Positions 1-49,765 of a DNA stretch of 64,000 bases are shown here, piece after piece. The translations under genes were made by a program, and so were the position numbers. Origin of the DNA: Octopus sinensis (Eukaryota). Under the pieces are notes generated by a model. The model saw only the letters and a list, made by a program, of their open reading frames with translations. It was not told the DNA's origin and searched no databases. Position 1 is the first letter of the stretch. Every line of letters begins with the position of its first letter. Location of the stretch: contig NC_043011.1 of NCBI RefSeq assembly GCF_006345805.1, positions 22,456,464 through 22,520,463 of the forward strand, given 5' to 3'.

Positions 1-123
1 TATAAAATTTATAAAACTGGAGAGGAGAGCTGTAAAACAGTTCTATGTAGATCAGTGGTTCACATATTTCCTCCCTGCCTCCTATGATGTCAAATATGCC
101 TTGCTGCCATTTGTTCAGTAGTC

Positions 124-341
124 TAACCCTTTAGCATTCAGATAAGTATGTGAATGTAATGCTTATTTGCTCACATGGTTTTGAATTAATCCTGCATTAT
201 CTCATAGCTTTGAGATTTTGATTGTTTATTTTTAGAATGACGTTGTAGACAAGGTCTGAGAGGCTGGATCAAGCTGATTTGAAAATAAAACAGGTAGAAT
301 ATTTGGGTTGGATGTGGCTGGTTTAAATGCTAAAGAGTTAA
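124..341. mobile_element. piggyBac-like MITE (about 220 bp)
   Basis: Ends (T)TAA-CCCTTTAGCATT ... AATGCTAAAG(A/G)G-TTAA. Related copies at about 5002-5225, 13031-13255, 20373-20558, 23285-23511, 35907-36122, plus a partial copy near 44524-44600. Confidence 0.75.
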
Positions 342-539
342 ACTATTAACATGGAAATAAACATCCTCTTTTTAATCCATACCTCAATTTCAATGCCATA
401 TATTTCAGACAAATGCTCCCCTAATACATGGAGAGACTTAGCTTCATAGACGTAGAGAAAGTGATGCATTTTGGAAGTTAGGCAACTTGCATAACCCTGA
501 CAGTTTATGAAATGGGTACCTCCTTATCTGGACAGAGTA

Positions 540-1400
540 GTCATGGTTTCTGCAAGCTGTAATGAAGATGTACTGTAGGAGAGCAGAAACTCAGAATCAA
601 AGACTGAAATAGAGTAGCAAGAAATGAACTATCTTGAAATAGCACATCTTTAGTGCTGATAGTATAGAATTCTCCTTGATCCAGCTGCAAAGTAGTTGAT
701 GACATCCAGCTAAGAAAACCATGTCAACATTTTGACAGTCACATATACAATGGAATCTATAGTTATGTACAGAGGATTAATATTATCAGTAGTGGGATGC
801 ACAATGTAACCTGTCGATACATGAAGTGCAGCAGGATCACAGAGAAGAAAGACTTAATCTGTGACATGCACAAGTGTGGTTAGCAGTAAGAACATCCATA
901 AATGAATTCTTTTAAAATACTTAAAGTATTCTGAAAGCTCAGTAGCCAGAGTGAGAACAGGATGGAAAAAGTTTAAAGAGTTATTTCTTTTGCTGGTAAC
1001 AAATAGATTCCCTCTTCAAGTAAAGGGTAGATTGTATGAAACTTGTCTGAAGTACAGTGTTGCTTGATTGCAAGACACAGGCATTGATTATAATGGATAT
1101 ACAAAAGTTAGAAGGAAATAAGGTGAGCATGCTCCCACTTGAGTGTAATGTTGATGTGCATAAATGACAGAGCACAAATGGAGCAGAGAGCAAAACAGGA
1201 TATGAGAAGAAGCAGATATAGTATGCTCAAGAGATGTGTAAAGAAGTACCAGCAATCCAAGTAGAAGGGAGCCAGGAAAGAGGAAGACTGAGGAAGTCAT
1301 GGGAAGAAGTGAAGGAAAATCTCAAAAGGAGATGACAAAGATCAACAATAATAGGTGAGATGCTGTGCCAGAAAAGATCTGTCTAACCTGTGGGTAAAAT
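540..1400 (+). mobile_element. Decayed RTE-clade LINE, RT C-terminal region and 3' end
   Basis: Translates to VARVRTGWKKFKELFLLLVTNRFPLQVKGRLYETC and VEGSQERGRLRKSW, homologous to the younger RTE copies at 24.6 and 26.4 kb. Confidence 0.72.
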
Positions 1401-2550
1401 GGATGTAAGCCTGATGATGTGGAAGTCAAACAAAAAATTAAATAGTAAACATCAGTTTTTAAGCTTTGATTTCATCTTCAACAGTTTTGTTTACCCTGTA
1501 ACTAATGGAGATTCTTGACTAAATATTTTAGTGTGATAGAAAATATATAGTTATACATTGTACGTGACCTCACTTGACCTTGTATTTGGTTACTAAAATG
1601 CTAGTAAAAATTATGATGAGATTTTAATAGAAGATTGAAAACAAAAAGATCATTATTTGTCATAATTTTTTTTGTTATATACCAGCATTGTTGGTGAAAT
1701 AACAAATAGAAGTGTACTTAAATTGATGTTTTAGTATAATATATAAACAAATTCATTATGTTTTAAATTCATTCATACTTGTCTGCAGCAGATTTGGCTG
1801 AAGGTAATATATGCTCAGGAAACACTGTCTACAGACAATTGAAACAAATACCAGAAATAACGTAATTATTATCTCCTATATTGAAAGTCACTGACCTTGT
1901 TTGTGAAGATATCGGTTTTTCTTTTTTATCTTCATCTGTCTGGTATTGCATCACTTGCCCATTATAAATATGGAACATTGATAAAATCAAACTAATCTTA
2001 TTTAAACTCTCAGAGAAAATTAAATCAGGAGGCCATAGATTAAGATGTATGACTCAGTGAATGTTGCCATTAAAATAGGTGAAACATTTTGCATTAGTTT
2101 GGAGATGAATGTAGTTATATTTTAAAATTGGAATTAGGTAATTTCAATTTTAGTAACTATACTAATGATACTAATGTAACACAAATAAAAACTGAAATGT
2201 GTTAAATGTTGGGTGGATTCATATTCTATTAATGTAAAAACATTGTATGATTCACGCAGTTTACATATTTAGTAAAACCATGACTCAATTTTGCCATCAC
2301 ATCACTTCTGTTTTTATGTTATACATATTTCTTGTTTTGGAAGAACAATGGCTTTTACTATTGTCCACATTCTCCATGGTTTCAGTTTCTTTAAACAAAA
2401 CTTCTTGGAAATAAAACCCCAAAAAAGCCACAAATGGAATCCAACTGTAAAAAGTTATTCTATTGCCACGTGCTTTGTAAACCTGTTATGCATTTTGAAT
2501 TACTCTTCTAATAGACATTTGCTGGTTGCAGACTATATATTTGTGAGATA

Positions 2551-2921
2551 CATCATCATCGTCATCATCATCATCGTTTAGCATCCGCTTTCCATGCTAG
2601 CATGGGTTGGACGGTTCAACTGGGGTCTGGGAAGCCAGAAGGCTGCACCAGGCCCAGTCTGATCTGGCAATGTTTCTATGGCTGGATGCCCTTCCTAACG
2701 CCAACCACTCCATGGGTGTAGTGGGTGCTTTTTACATGCCAGACGAGTCTGGCAAATGGCCACGATCAGATGGTGCTTTTTACGTGTCACCGGCACGGGG
2801 GCCAGGCGAGGCTGGCAACGGCCACGGATGGATGGTGCTTTTTACGTGTCACCGGCACGGGGGCCAGGCGAGGCTGGCAACGGCCACGGATGGATGGTGC
2901 TTTTTACGTGCCACCGGCACG
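2551..2921 (-). mobile_element. 5'-truncated RTE LINE 3' UTR copy with (ATG)n tail and 62-bp tandem units
   Basis: Same 3' sequence as 24637-25308 and 26361-27330; units start at 2769, 2831 and 2893. Shorter copies at about 8011-8152 (-), 10140-10260 (-), 10380-10755 (+) and 15385-15560 (+). Confidence 0.8.
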
Positions 2922-4499
2922 AACACATTCTTGATATTTTGTAAAAGTAGAATAAATGGATAAAAATGATTTTCTTTCTTTTTTTTTTTCCTTTTTCAAT
3001 CCTTCTCTATGCAATAAAACATTGTTAATCATTACCATTTCTTCTTGATTGTGTTTTTCTCTAATTATTTTTAATGTCATTGGAAAGTCACTTAAATATC
3101 TGTTTCACGTTTGGGAAATGCAACAAGATTTCATAGCAGGCTTTCATAACTTGAGTATATTTGCTTTTAATCAGATACTAAAATGAAATGTGAGCTGTTG
3201 CTATGACAATTAGTGGATTATGAGACATCATTGATCTTAAATTGTTTTTAACAATGTATTAATATTTTCACATATATATCCCTAGTTACAAGTTTTAATC
3301 TGTGGGAGAAACAGATTATACATATTGAGACATCTATGACTAGGCATTCAAGCTGTGACATCTGCTTTTTTGTTATCTGGAACTATTTTGTCCATTATGT
3401 GCTTCCTGTTGTGAGACAGTGTGTCATTGGAGAGAATTTGGCTGCAGTTTCTAACTGGTTGATTGATTGCATGATAACTCCCTTGTTGACTTGTCAGACT
3501 TAAGATGGAATATGTTAATGAAATGACTGTGTAGAATATGTTGAATAATTATTCAGTAAATTATTTCACTGGATTTAAATCTAGTGAAATTGTTTTGTCC
3601 TTCAAGGTTGATAAAATAAGTAGTGGCAGTTGTAGAAAAGAAATTGTCTCAAATTTTTAGGGTGTCAATATAGTAAACAGTTGACAGTCCTTTGTTCATC
3701 ACTGATGGTGCACAAAGTCTATCCTAAATTTGACTCACCCTGGCCTTGTTTATTTAGCTTTATATTTAATACCTTAGGGAAGTAGAGGTGTGCCTGGATA
3801 CCCCAAGAAAGTATGTTTAACTACCATAAATATCAAGAACACTGTGTAATTAACATATTTATTATTAGCTTGATGAAGTCAGATCTTCCAATGGCAAAAC
3901 CTGCAGTTGTCTACTAGCCAGCAAGGGAGTCTCTAAGAAGTTGTTAATCTGCAAGAAATAACAGCCTAATGTTCCTCAGATCACACTCTTCCTTTTTTTT
4001 TTTAAAAAAAAAGGAAAGGACACATTTGATAGTGAAGTTTTAGATGCCTCTAAAAAGACTAGATAGTTATGGCTGAGATGTCTTAGATAATATCTGTTAG
4101 GTCAAGATTGATTTGGGGCTAAGCAATAACAGTAGACTGTCATTTTTTTTCCAAGAAAGAGATATGTCTTAGTCACATAGCTCCATAAAAACTATGGTGC
4201 TAAGTTCTAATACAGTGTGACACCATGTCTTGTAAACAGTGGTATATAAAAGGAGGTTATGAGCTGTCAATTATTTAATGAAGCATTCAATAATAAACTA
4301 TTCAATTATCAATTACACTGAAGCAGATGTTTCCAGCTACAGTAATACTTGAAAAGCAAATATACTAAGAGATCATTTTAATTGAAAACAAAATATCTCA
4401 TTCCTAAATATGTTTTAATAATTTGACATCTTTTGAGTACAATTTATCTGAATATGAAAAGGGTTTACGTTTTAAATTTAAACTTCTGTTTATTTCTAG

Positions 4500-41378
<36,879 letters not shown>

Positions 41379-41940
41379 AGCCCTCTGCTGACTTATTTTT
41401 TACCAACAACATTAATAAGGAGAATGGTTTATGAAGCTGATGGCAGTGTCTCTTCTCTCACTTATCTTGAAACAGTGCTCCAGTGAATTTTTGTATCAAA
41501 ATTAAAAAACAAAAACAAAAAGACATCTGACAAAAAACAAGGAAAATTTGAAAAATTTATGAAACCCTTGACCTGTATAGCTGTAATGGTACTTGGTTTG
41601 CCTGCCATCTAGACTAACTTTGAGCTTCTCTATTGTCATGGCTTATTTACCTGAGGCTGTTTGAAATTTCCATTCCTCCACCCTATTTATTTCTACCATT
41701 AAAGTTATCTCCCCTACTTTAAAAGAAAGCAACCTTATGTTCTTCTTTTCTGTCTTTCTGTAGTTGCCCCCATGTTTGACCAGTTTTTCCACACTGTTTG
41801 TATGGAACCAACAGCACACAACATACTAAACAACTACAAATCTAGGTTATCCACTTTTCTTCTGACACTATTCAAAAGAAAGACAAAATAAGCGGGGGAA
41901 AAAAGCTTTTTTTTTAAAAAAAAAAACAAAGTTTGAAACA

Positions 41941-41946
41941 AATAAA
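41941..41946 (+). terminator. Candidate polyadenylation signal for DPP8/9 (another AATAAA at 43562-43567)
   Basis: AATAAA hexamer downstream of the stop codon; A-rich context and no transcript data. Confidence 0.3.
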
Positions 41947-42157
41947 AATGGAAAAAAAAAACCAAACTATGAAAAAGCAAATGTGGAAATTTATCTGACA
42001 ATTGAGACTATATCATGTGTGTGTGTGTGTGATATGTTTCCACTCAAAGCAACCCTCATTCTTGCTAAGCTTGAACAAATGAATACAAGGATTCTGTTTG
42101 TCTTTCGTTGTTTTATCATACAACCCTGATTTCATTAATTTCTTTTTTGTATGTGTT

Positions 42158-42202
<45 letters not shown>

Positions 42203-45200
42203 ATGTATGTGTGTGTATATATATGCGTCTTTTACATTGAAGTATCTACTCACCATTTTTATAATTTCCCCTTTTTTTTTTGTATTGTAGCTATGGTGGT
42301 AGTTATTTTCTAATGTGAAATGATAATAGGATTAACTTTTGGATAAATCCTACTTCTGAATGTCTTCATTTCTTTTCTTTCTTTTCACTCTGACGCCTTA
42401 TTTAAGAATTTTTTTTTTTTATCTTCTCCCTTAAAAGAAGCTGTTACTCTACCAAGAAAACTTATTATTACATCAGTTCTACATTCCTCAAATCTCTTCA
42501 GGTGCTCTCGTTTCGTTATTTCCTTTTCCCTCATCATGAGTAAATACTGATGCTCTGACCAACCAAATGTTTTTCAATAGCTTGTGTTCTATAGACTTCT
42601 TCCAATCCAAAAGCATTTTCGATTTTTGGGGTATTTTATTGGGAGCATGATCAAGTAATGTTAGCAACTACCTAATAGCTGCTTGATTGCTTGAAGGCTA
42701 GTCATGTTGTTGTGTCTGTATATATGCAGTACTGAAATCCAAAATGGCCATGATGTTTCTTTTTATATTTCAAAAACTCTTACACTGGTGATTGTCATAA
42801 CATCTCCGAATTATGTGATTAACTTGTAAATCATAGATTGAGGAATTTACAAAAATAACTTATAATGCTTTCATTATCCATGATTTGAGAGATTGTGATA
42901 TGATTATCATAGATTTAATGAAAGTTTGTTTTTAGTTAATTTTTTTTTTTGTGTGGTTAAACTACTCAGTATTGAACAATATTAACCACACTTATCATTG
43001 ACAGATATTCATTTCCAGCAAATGTTACATTTTCTCCCAGCTTGTAATTTACAAGTGTATAATTTCACTGTAATCACTTGAGCTGACTGCTGACTGATGT
43101 AATCTATTTGATATCATCATAATGTTTTTAATCTTAATTAATTTCAAGGTGTTTTTAATAGTAATAGTCTTGATATCTCTAACTCAAGACACCATTGTAT
43201 ATTTCTTTTTCTTTTTTTTTTTTTAAATAAGTTTTAAATTAGAGAATGTGAAGATAAATGTCAACCAAATTGCTTTATATTTAATGCAAATTTCTTTTGG
43301 TTAAGATCATTCATTCTTGAAGATTGATTTTAAAATTATGGACAATTGTTTTCCTGCAATATATTGACGTATCTACTCCCAACACAGATGACTTAAAGAC
43401 CTTTGGACTCATCTATTCTTTCTTGTAAAAAGGAGCTCCTGTTTTGACTCAATGCCTATAGACTTAATGAGAAGTGACTTAATCTACAAACTCTTCAGTT
43501 CTTATGAGCTGCAATTTAAAAAGAGAAAAACAACAAAACAAACTCAGATATTTAGAAGACAAATAAAAAAATAAAACCAACCAACCAACCAAATCTTAAC
43601 AAATATGCTCATTTAAGTTTCATATGTTGAACTTGAAGTAAAATTAAGTTTCAGAAATGAAGACATATTAAAGACAAATGAAAAGAGATTTACTGCCGAA
43701 GGAGATTGTGTTGCTTTTTATTTTAAGATTACCAATATATAACTATATGATGGTTAAGTAAAAGTGCTCCTCAGTTTTGAGGAGTTTATGTCCCAACTGT
43801 TAGATAGTTCTTTTCACTGTATTTGTACATAATTTACTTTTTGTCTTTTAATGTATTTTATTTTTAAAAAATTTCTTTTTCTTTAATATGGCATTTCTTG
43901 TCTTTGGTTGAGTCATACTTATTAATATTGAAAACTTATGTTTTGAGTCATCAGGGACGCTTCTGTGTAGTCTCATGAGCTAATGAGGGAGCCTGTAACT
44001 AGTCATTTGACCTGCAGGAAGTAGTCGCCAACAAATCCTCAAATTATTAGATCAAGATTCATTTGTTTTTCTTCTATTGCTAGTCATAATCCTAGCTACG
44101 AGGCCTGAAGTTTTGGAGGAGGGTAGGAGGGGGGCTAGTCAATAAGGAGAGGACTAATTACATACTCAATACTTCTCTTATCATAAGCAAAAATATTCTT
44201 GATGACTCACTTTATCAAACAGCAAAATATGCAATGAGGTGGTAGGTGGTGAAATGTGATGATGTGACATTCATACTCAAGAGTGTTAGTGATATTGATG
44301 AAGTAAAATAGCTTCAATTAGAAATTGGAACTGAATCATAGATTCAGTTTGGTGATAGTTTACCATTGTCAGTCTATTTCCGGCATTGATTGATTGCTTT
44401 TTATCTTGGAAGGAAAAGTCAACCGTTGTGGGTTTTGAACTTGCAACAGAGTCGCACAAAACTAAATACAGTATGGCATTTAACCCATCTCTATAGAACT
44501 TCAGTGATTTCCATTGCACCAGTATTTAACCCAGCTGTATTTGGCCCAAATATTCTATGTGTTTTATGTGCAAACTAGCCAGACCCAGCCTCTCACACAT
44601 CGTTATTCTACAACGATATTTCTGATAATGTTTCTCTTAAAATAATATTCCAAAGGTGATAAAAGTGTAAACATGTAAAACTAAGTGAATAAAAATAATA
44701 TTGCAAAATTCTGATTTCTTTTGGGTACCGCCTCATATAGTGTAAATAATACTTTATGAGCCTGCAATTAATAAGACTAATTACACTCAGTTGATTACTA
44801 TTTTATGGAATATTTAAAAAATAATACAACCCCAGTCTTTTGAACTTTTGTGAACATTCAGGGGATTATAATATGTTGTTTTGTGCGGTCCCTTGTTTAA
44901 GTACAGATTCGAGAACTTCCCCCATATGAATAAGAAAAAATATAGGAGGAAATATAAAAAGAAAATTTTGAAATAACAATAAAATTTATGGTTTATTTTA
45001 CCAAGTTTTGATTCCAGTGTCAATATTGACGTACGTGCCTACGAAGTCAACATATATAGTACAGTAGTATCCGTTGTGCCGGAAGTATATTTATATTTGT
45101 AAGACAAGATACTAATTCTATATTTATCCACAGCTCAATGGAGAAAGGGAGATGTATGGGTGTGAATGGCAACTGTCCAATATTAAGAGTTGCTTGGTTT

Positions 45201-45579
45201 TTATATTTCGAAATATGTCACGGAAAATTAATCGTTTTAGTAAATGACAAGTTACAAACCCGAACTATAAAGGTGGATAGCCTATCTATTTATTTATCTA
45301 TCTGTGCATGCATGCATGCATTTTATAGGAATTCGAGGATTCGACACATATAATGTAAATAATACTTTGAGTCTGCAATTAATAAGACTAATTTACACTG
45401 AGTTGATTACCGTTTTATGGAATATTTCAAAAATAATACACCAGTCGTTAGAATTTTTGTGAACAGTCAGGGGATTCTAGCATGTCTTTTGCATATGGTC
45501 CCTTCATTTAAGCACAGATCGACTTACCCAAATAAATAAAGATACAAGGAAAATACATGTATGTATGCATGCATGTATG

Positions 45580-46555
45580 TGTAGTAATTCTGGTTGTCAA
45601 ACTGGTGAGATTGTTGAATACGGGAGACTGGAAATGATTGGCCGTAAGTAGGCTTTATTCTTCTAAGAACAAGGGTTCGGTACCCGTCATTAGTTGTTTT
45701 ACTCGTGAACCTTCCTGATCAGGAGTCAGCCATGTTTAAATATCATTCGAAAGCCGCGTTTTCGACTGGCTGGTGAGACAATGGAAATAACTGAATAGTA
45801 ATTATAAGAGTAATTATTACCATATTCTCCCCTGCTGAAGAATCTGAGTTTGTAAAGTTCTTTGTCATCAAAATGTATGTGTGTGAGTAGTGAGTGTATG
45901 TATCCTGGGAACGGAAGGAATGGTATGAGGCATTACAGTATTTCGGATAGTTTCTCAGGTTGTTATGAACGTAGACGTTGTTGACCAGCTTTTAGTTGTT
46001 CAAGTTTTGCGCTATTGGCTTCTTCAGGGGTCGATAACATTGGTTCCGGTCTGCCGATGTTTCCGTTTCAAAATCGTCCACAGGATCCTGGTTGCACGAT
46101 GAGGTATCAAGCTCGGTCGGTGTATTGGAAAATTGCGCATCTTCCTGCGGAGTCAGATGTTTCAACGAAACCGTTTCCTCCCTGCCGCTCGATAAGCGTA
46201 CATGGGCGAAGTGTGGATTGCATTCAAGTAACTCAACCTCTTCTACAGCTGGGTCGTATTTTAAAAACCGCGGTTGTTTCTTCAAGGGCACAGGTCCACT
46301 CTTCACTAGCTGTTCTGGTAGTTAGGCCCCAGAAGTTAAGCAGCGGTAAAAACTGGACAGCTTCTCGTGAGACGTGGTGTTAGTGGCCGTACAGAGAAGG
46401 GAGCGAATGGAATGCAGAGCATCAAGGGGTACGCATTGCCAGTAGCTTGCACTCAATCTCTTGGAGTTCAACGCCAAAGTAATGGTTTTCAAAAGGGTGA
46501 ATTGAGCCTTTCGACCTGTTCATTCCCAGCTGGATTGTATGGGGTCGTCCCACTG
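45580..46555 (-). mobile_element. Gypsy-type LTR retrotransposon relic: integrase C-half, PPT and 3' LTR (45580-45824)
   Basis: Minus strand reads TTPYNPAGNEQVERLN...DALHSIRSLLCTATN and GPVPLKKQPRFLKYDPAVEEVELLECNPHFAHVRL. PPT CAGGGGAGAA abuts the LTR; LTR ends TGTAGTAAT and ATTACCATA are 7/9 complementary. Confidence 0.8.
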
Positions 46556-47102
46556 ACATCAGCCGGAAGTTGTTGGATACACTTCCACGGACCATGTCTG
46601 ATAATCTCTCATCATTCTTGCATTAACAAGCCGAAACAAGCAGTTTATTGATTGCGTGCTTAATATCCAGATGTTTACACAGGGAATTGTAAAATTAGCA
46701 TTTGTCTTCTTAAGGAATACAGACACTTAAACAGTTATAGTCGATGTCCCGCCAGGATTAATATCATGTTGTTTGTCTTTTTGAACTGAATCTTAATGTG
46801 GATTATCTTAACTAAATTATGTGATAATCTGCCCTAGAAGCAATTGGCTTGTATGAGTGCATCATAAATGTATCTAGTCAGCATGGCAGAAGCAATTTGT
46901 TTCCAATCTTAGTATAGCAAACTATATGATTGGAGACAAATGACTTTTGCCATGCTGACTAGATACGTATATATCGTATATGTCTCTTGGTTTCTACAGA
47001 AATCTACTGAAAGCAGGTCAGGTTAATAAAATCTCCTAATGTACATTTAAGTATTTGGACTCACGTGGACTGGTTTCTGCACTGGCAAAATATCAGGAGA
47101 TA

Positions 47103-47209
47103 CGAGGGGTGTATGAAAAGTCTTGAGCCTAAAAAAAAAAAAAACCAAAACATAGCAGAAGACTTCTGATGAAGGCCTTGAAGGCTCAAAACTTTTCATA
47201 CACCCCTCG
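47103..47209. mobile_element. 107-bp mariner-type MITE
   Basis: 28-bp TIRs CGAGGGGTGTATGAAAAGTYTTGAGCCT (1 mismatch), TA on both sides (47101-47102 and 47210-47211). Confidence 0.85.
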
Positions 47210-47429
47210 TATATGCGACCTAGTTGTGACTTTTAGTAATCAGGCCAGAAGCTGTTTCATTAATAGTTTATGAATCCCCTGAACTGAACAATAGTATTTC
47301 TTTATTAACCTATAAAGGTTTTACATAGAGGGGACATTACAAGGACAGACAGGGGACATTCAAGGTACATTCTCGCTTCTTACATACAGTGTAAAAAACC
47401 GGATGGATTTACATATATTGTGTATGAGG

Positions 47430-47837
47430 GTTAAAAATATACATATAAACGATGATCAGATGAGTTTTGGGTCCGGGTTAGTGAGTTAACCCGCCGGTTG
47501 GTTATCCCTTTTTGGTAATTTTTCCTTCCTTTTATGCTCCGGCCGACCGTGCAAGCACAGCCTCGTGCATTCTCATCTTTCTTACTACTGTCGTCCATCT
47601 TTTTCCAAACTCTCTTTGCGGCAGGCTCCTCCTCTCCAGACGGATCTTGCTGGACAGATGGGCAGTGAAGTAATTCACCAGCCCACGTCCGGAGATGATT
47701 TGACCTGTCGCAATCCCTTTTGCTCGCGTCTTCCATACCACATCTTTCAGTATGGTTACTACACTGAGAAAAGCTACCTTCTTTCCTTTGGTGTCAGAAG
47801 GAATCCCCTGAACAATAGACAATCTATAAGATTTCAT
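47430..47837 (-). mobile_element. L1/Tx1-like LINE 3' relic
   Basis: ORF 47532-47837 (FLSVVTILKDVVWKTR...SGRGLVNYFTAHLSSKIRLERRSL...FGKRW) resembles Tx1-type ORF2 C-termini; recognised from memory only. Confidence 0.5.
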
Positions 47838-48218
47838 GTAGCATCGTCGTTGTCATGACAAAATGTATTACGTTACTATGACGATAAAAACGATATCATT
47901 GTGACGAAATACTTTTTATTCAACAGTTGAAAATTAAAATCCTGTTAATACTTCTACTATAAAGACGTAGATAAAGAGACTATCAAATATCTGAATATTC
48001 TGTTATCTTGTGAATACTAGCCAGTTTGTTGTTGAATGGTGTGAAATACTGTTTTATTAACACCAAGATTGTCTTTGTTCGTAGTGGTTTCTTGAAAAGG
48101 CATAAGACATTGAAGGAATAACATCAGGAAGCTACACTAGTTTGTTGACAAGAATGTTCTGAATAGCGAGGCCAACACAAGCTTCACTCTGTACAACTTC
48201 CTCATTTTCTGACCTCCC

Positions 48219-48260
<42 letters not shown>

Positions 48261-48405
48261 TACATACTCACACAAAATCACTGTTCATGGATTGCGAATG
48301 TACACAAACATGCCTGTATATACATATATGCGCGATAATGTGCATATATATCCAAGTATGCATCTATATATTTATGTATATTTGTATGATGTATATGTGT
48401 GTTTT

Positions 48406-48444
<39 letters not shown>

Positions 48445-48499
48445 ATATACGTGCGTGTGCTTGCGCGCGCGTGTGTAAATGGTGACTAAATAAATGTTC

Positions 48500-48880
48500 A
48501 TCCTTGAATTGCTGTAACATTCTCCAAAAAGTTGAAGTCTATGGCATAATTCCTTCCCGCCATACTCACAAACTTCCATGGGAATTCTGTGGAAGCAGTT
48601 CCTCGTTTTGTCTCTTGGATAGCAGTTTCCAGTTTCTCCATATTCAGCGGTAAATCCAAAATGATATCATGCAGAAGTTATTGGATACACTCTCACGGTC
48701 CATGTCTGATAAGTTCTCACTATTCTTGCATTAGAATCGGCCGAAACAAGCAGCATATCAATTGTATATACAATATCCAGATGTCTACGTAGGAAATTGT
48801 AAAACTCGCATTTGTCCCCATAAGGAATAAAGACACTTAAACAGTTATACTTCAATTTCCAACAAAGTACTAATACCACA
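48500..48880 (-). mobile_element. RTE-like LINE relic (AP-endonuclease and pre-RT fragments)
   Basis: EFYNFL..HLD..YTIDMLLVSADSNAR and KLETAIQETKRG...EVCEYGGKELCHRL; paralogous fragment at 46560-46740. Confidence 0.55.
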
Positions 48881-49135
48881 TTTTTTTTTATACTGAAGCT
48901 TCATGTTGCAATTCCGTCAGAGTCGACCTAACTTTTCATCCTTTCGAAGGTCGTACGATCGCTTCAAAAGTGTAATTAGTGAGTATAGGCGTAAAAGCGG
49001 CTGGGCGCTTTTCGTCTTCTCCCATCATCAACATTTTTGCATTACTATCATTCATACCATTAATGTCTATGTCCAGCCCGCAAAGCTGCTATCTGTGTAA
49101 TGCCCTTGTGGCAAATTAAATGAAATAAAGTAGCT

Positions 49136-49483
49136 TGCGTGGCATATTCGGCAAGTGTCTTCTACTATAGCCTCGGGCCGACCAAAGCCTTGGGAGTGGA
49201 TTTGGTAGACGGAAACTGAAAGAAGAAGCCCGTCGTATATATATATATATATGTATGTATGTGTGTGTATATGTTTGTGTGTCTGTGTTTGTCCCCCCAA
49301 CATCGCTTGACAACCGATGCTGGTGTGTTTACGTCCCCGTAAGATAGCGGTTCGGCAAAAGAGACCGATAGAATAAGTACTAAGCTTACAAAGAATATGT
49401 CCTGGAGTCGATTTGCTCGACTAAAGGCGGTGCTCCAGCATGGCCACAGTCACGTGACTGAAACAAGTAAAGGAGTAAAAGAG
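49136..49483 (+). mobile_element. Family A SINE, head truncated
   Basis: Body and tail homologous to 51565-51968. Confidence 0.8.
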
Positions 49484-49589
49484 TATAGCAGAAGACAATT
49501 ATCTCCTAACTTACTATTACGAGCTTTATGTATGGAAATCCTCGGGGTTATTTACGATCTAATATGTAATACTTATTGGCAAGAAAAAG

Positions 49590-49765
49590 CAAGGGCGACC
49601 AAAAGCGACTTGGCGTCGCACCTTCATCGATAACCCCAAATCCATTGACATTTCATGGGATGAAGCTGAAATCGCCGCGGCTGACCGACCACGTTGGAGA
49701 AGCCTTGCCGCCCAATGTGCCATACAGTGCAGGAGGACCTAAGAACAAGACTAAGACTAAGATGC
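49590..49765 (+). mobile_element. RTE-type LINE 3' end with (ACTAAG)n tail
   Basis: SIDISWDEAEIAAADRPRWRSLAAQC..RRT* followed by CTAAG repeats. Confidence 0.55.

Noticed and set aside
1789-1803. Possible 15-nt microexon (cag|CAGATTTGGCTGAAG|gtaat) upstream of the first visible DPP8/9 exon
   Set aside because: The phase-compatible reading (QIWLK) has no similarity to DPP8/9 at this position; no transcript evidence
45040-45090. Promoter candidate (TGACGTA and CCGGAAGT motifs)
   Set aside because: Isolated short motifs, no CpG-rich context and no adjacent gene start found
47164-47192. CTGATGAAGGCC...GGCTCAAAAC hammerhead-like string
   Set aside because: The 3' half is the MITE TIR; there is no GAAA core and no stem I or cleavage triplet
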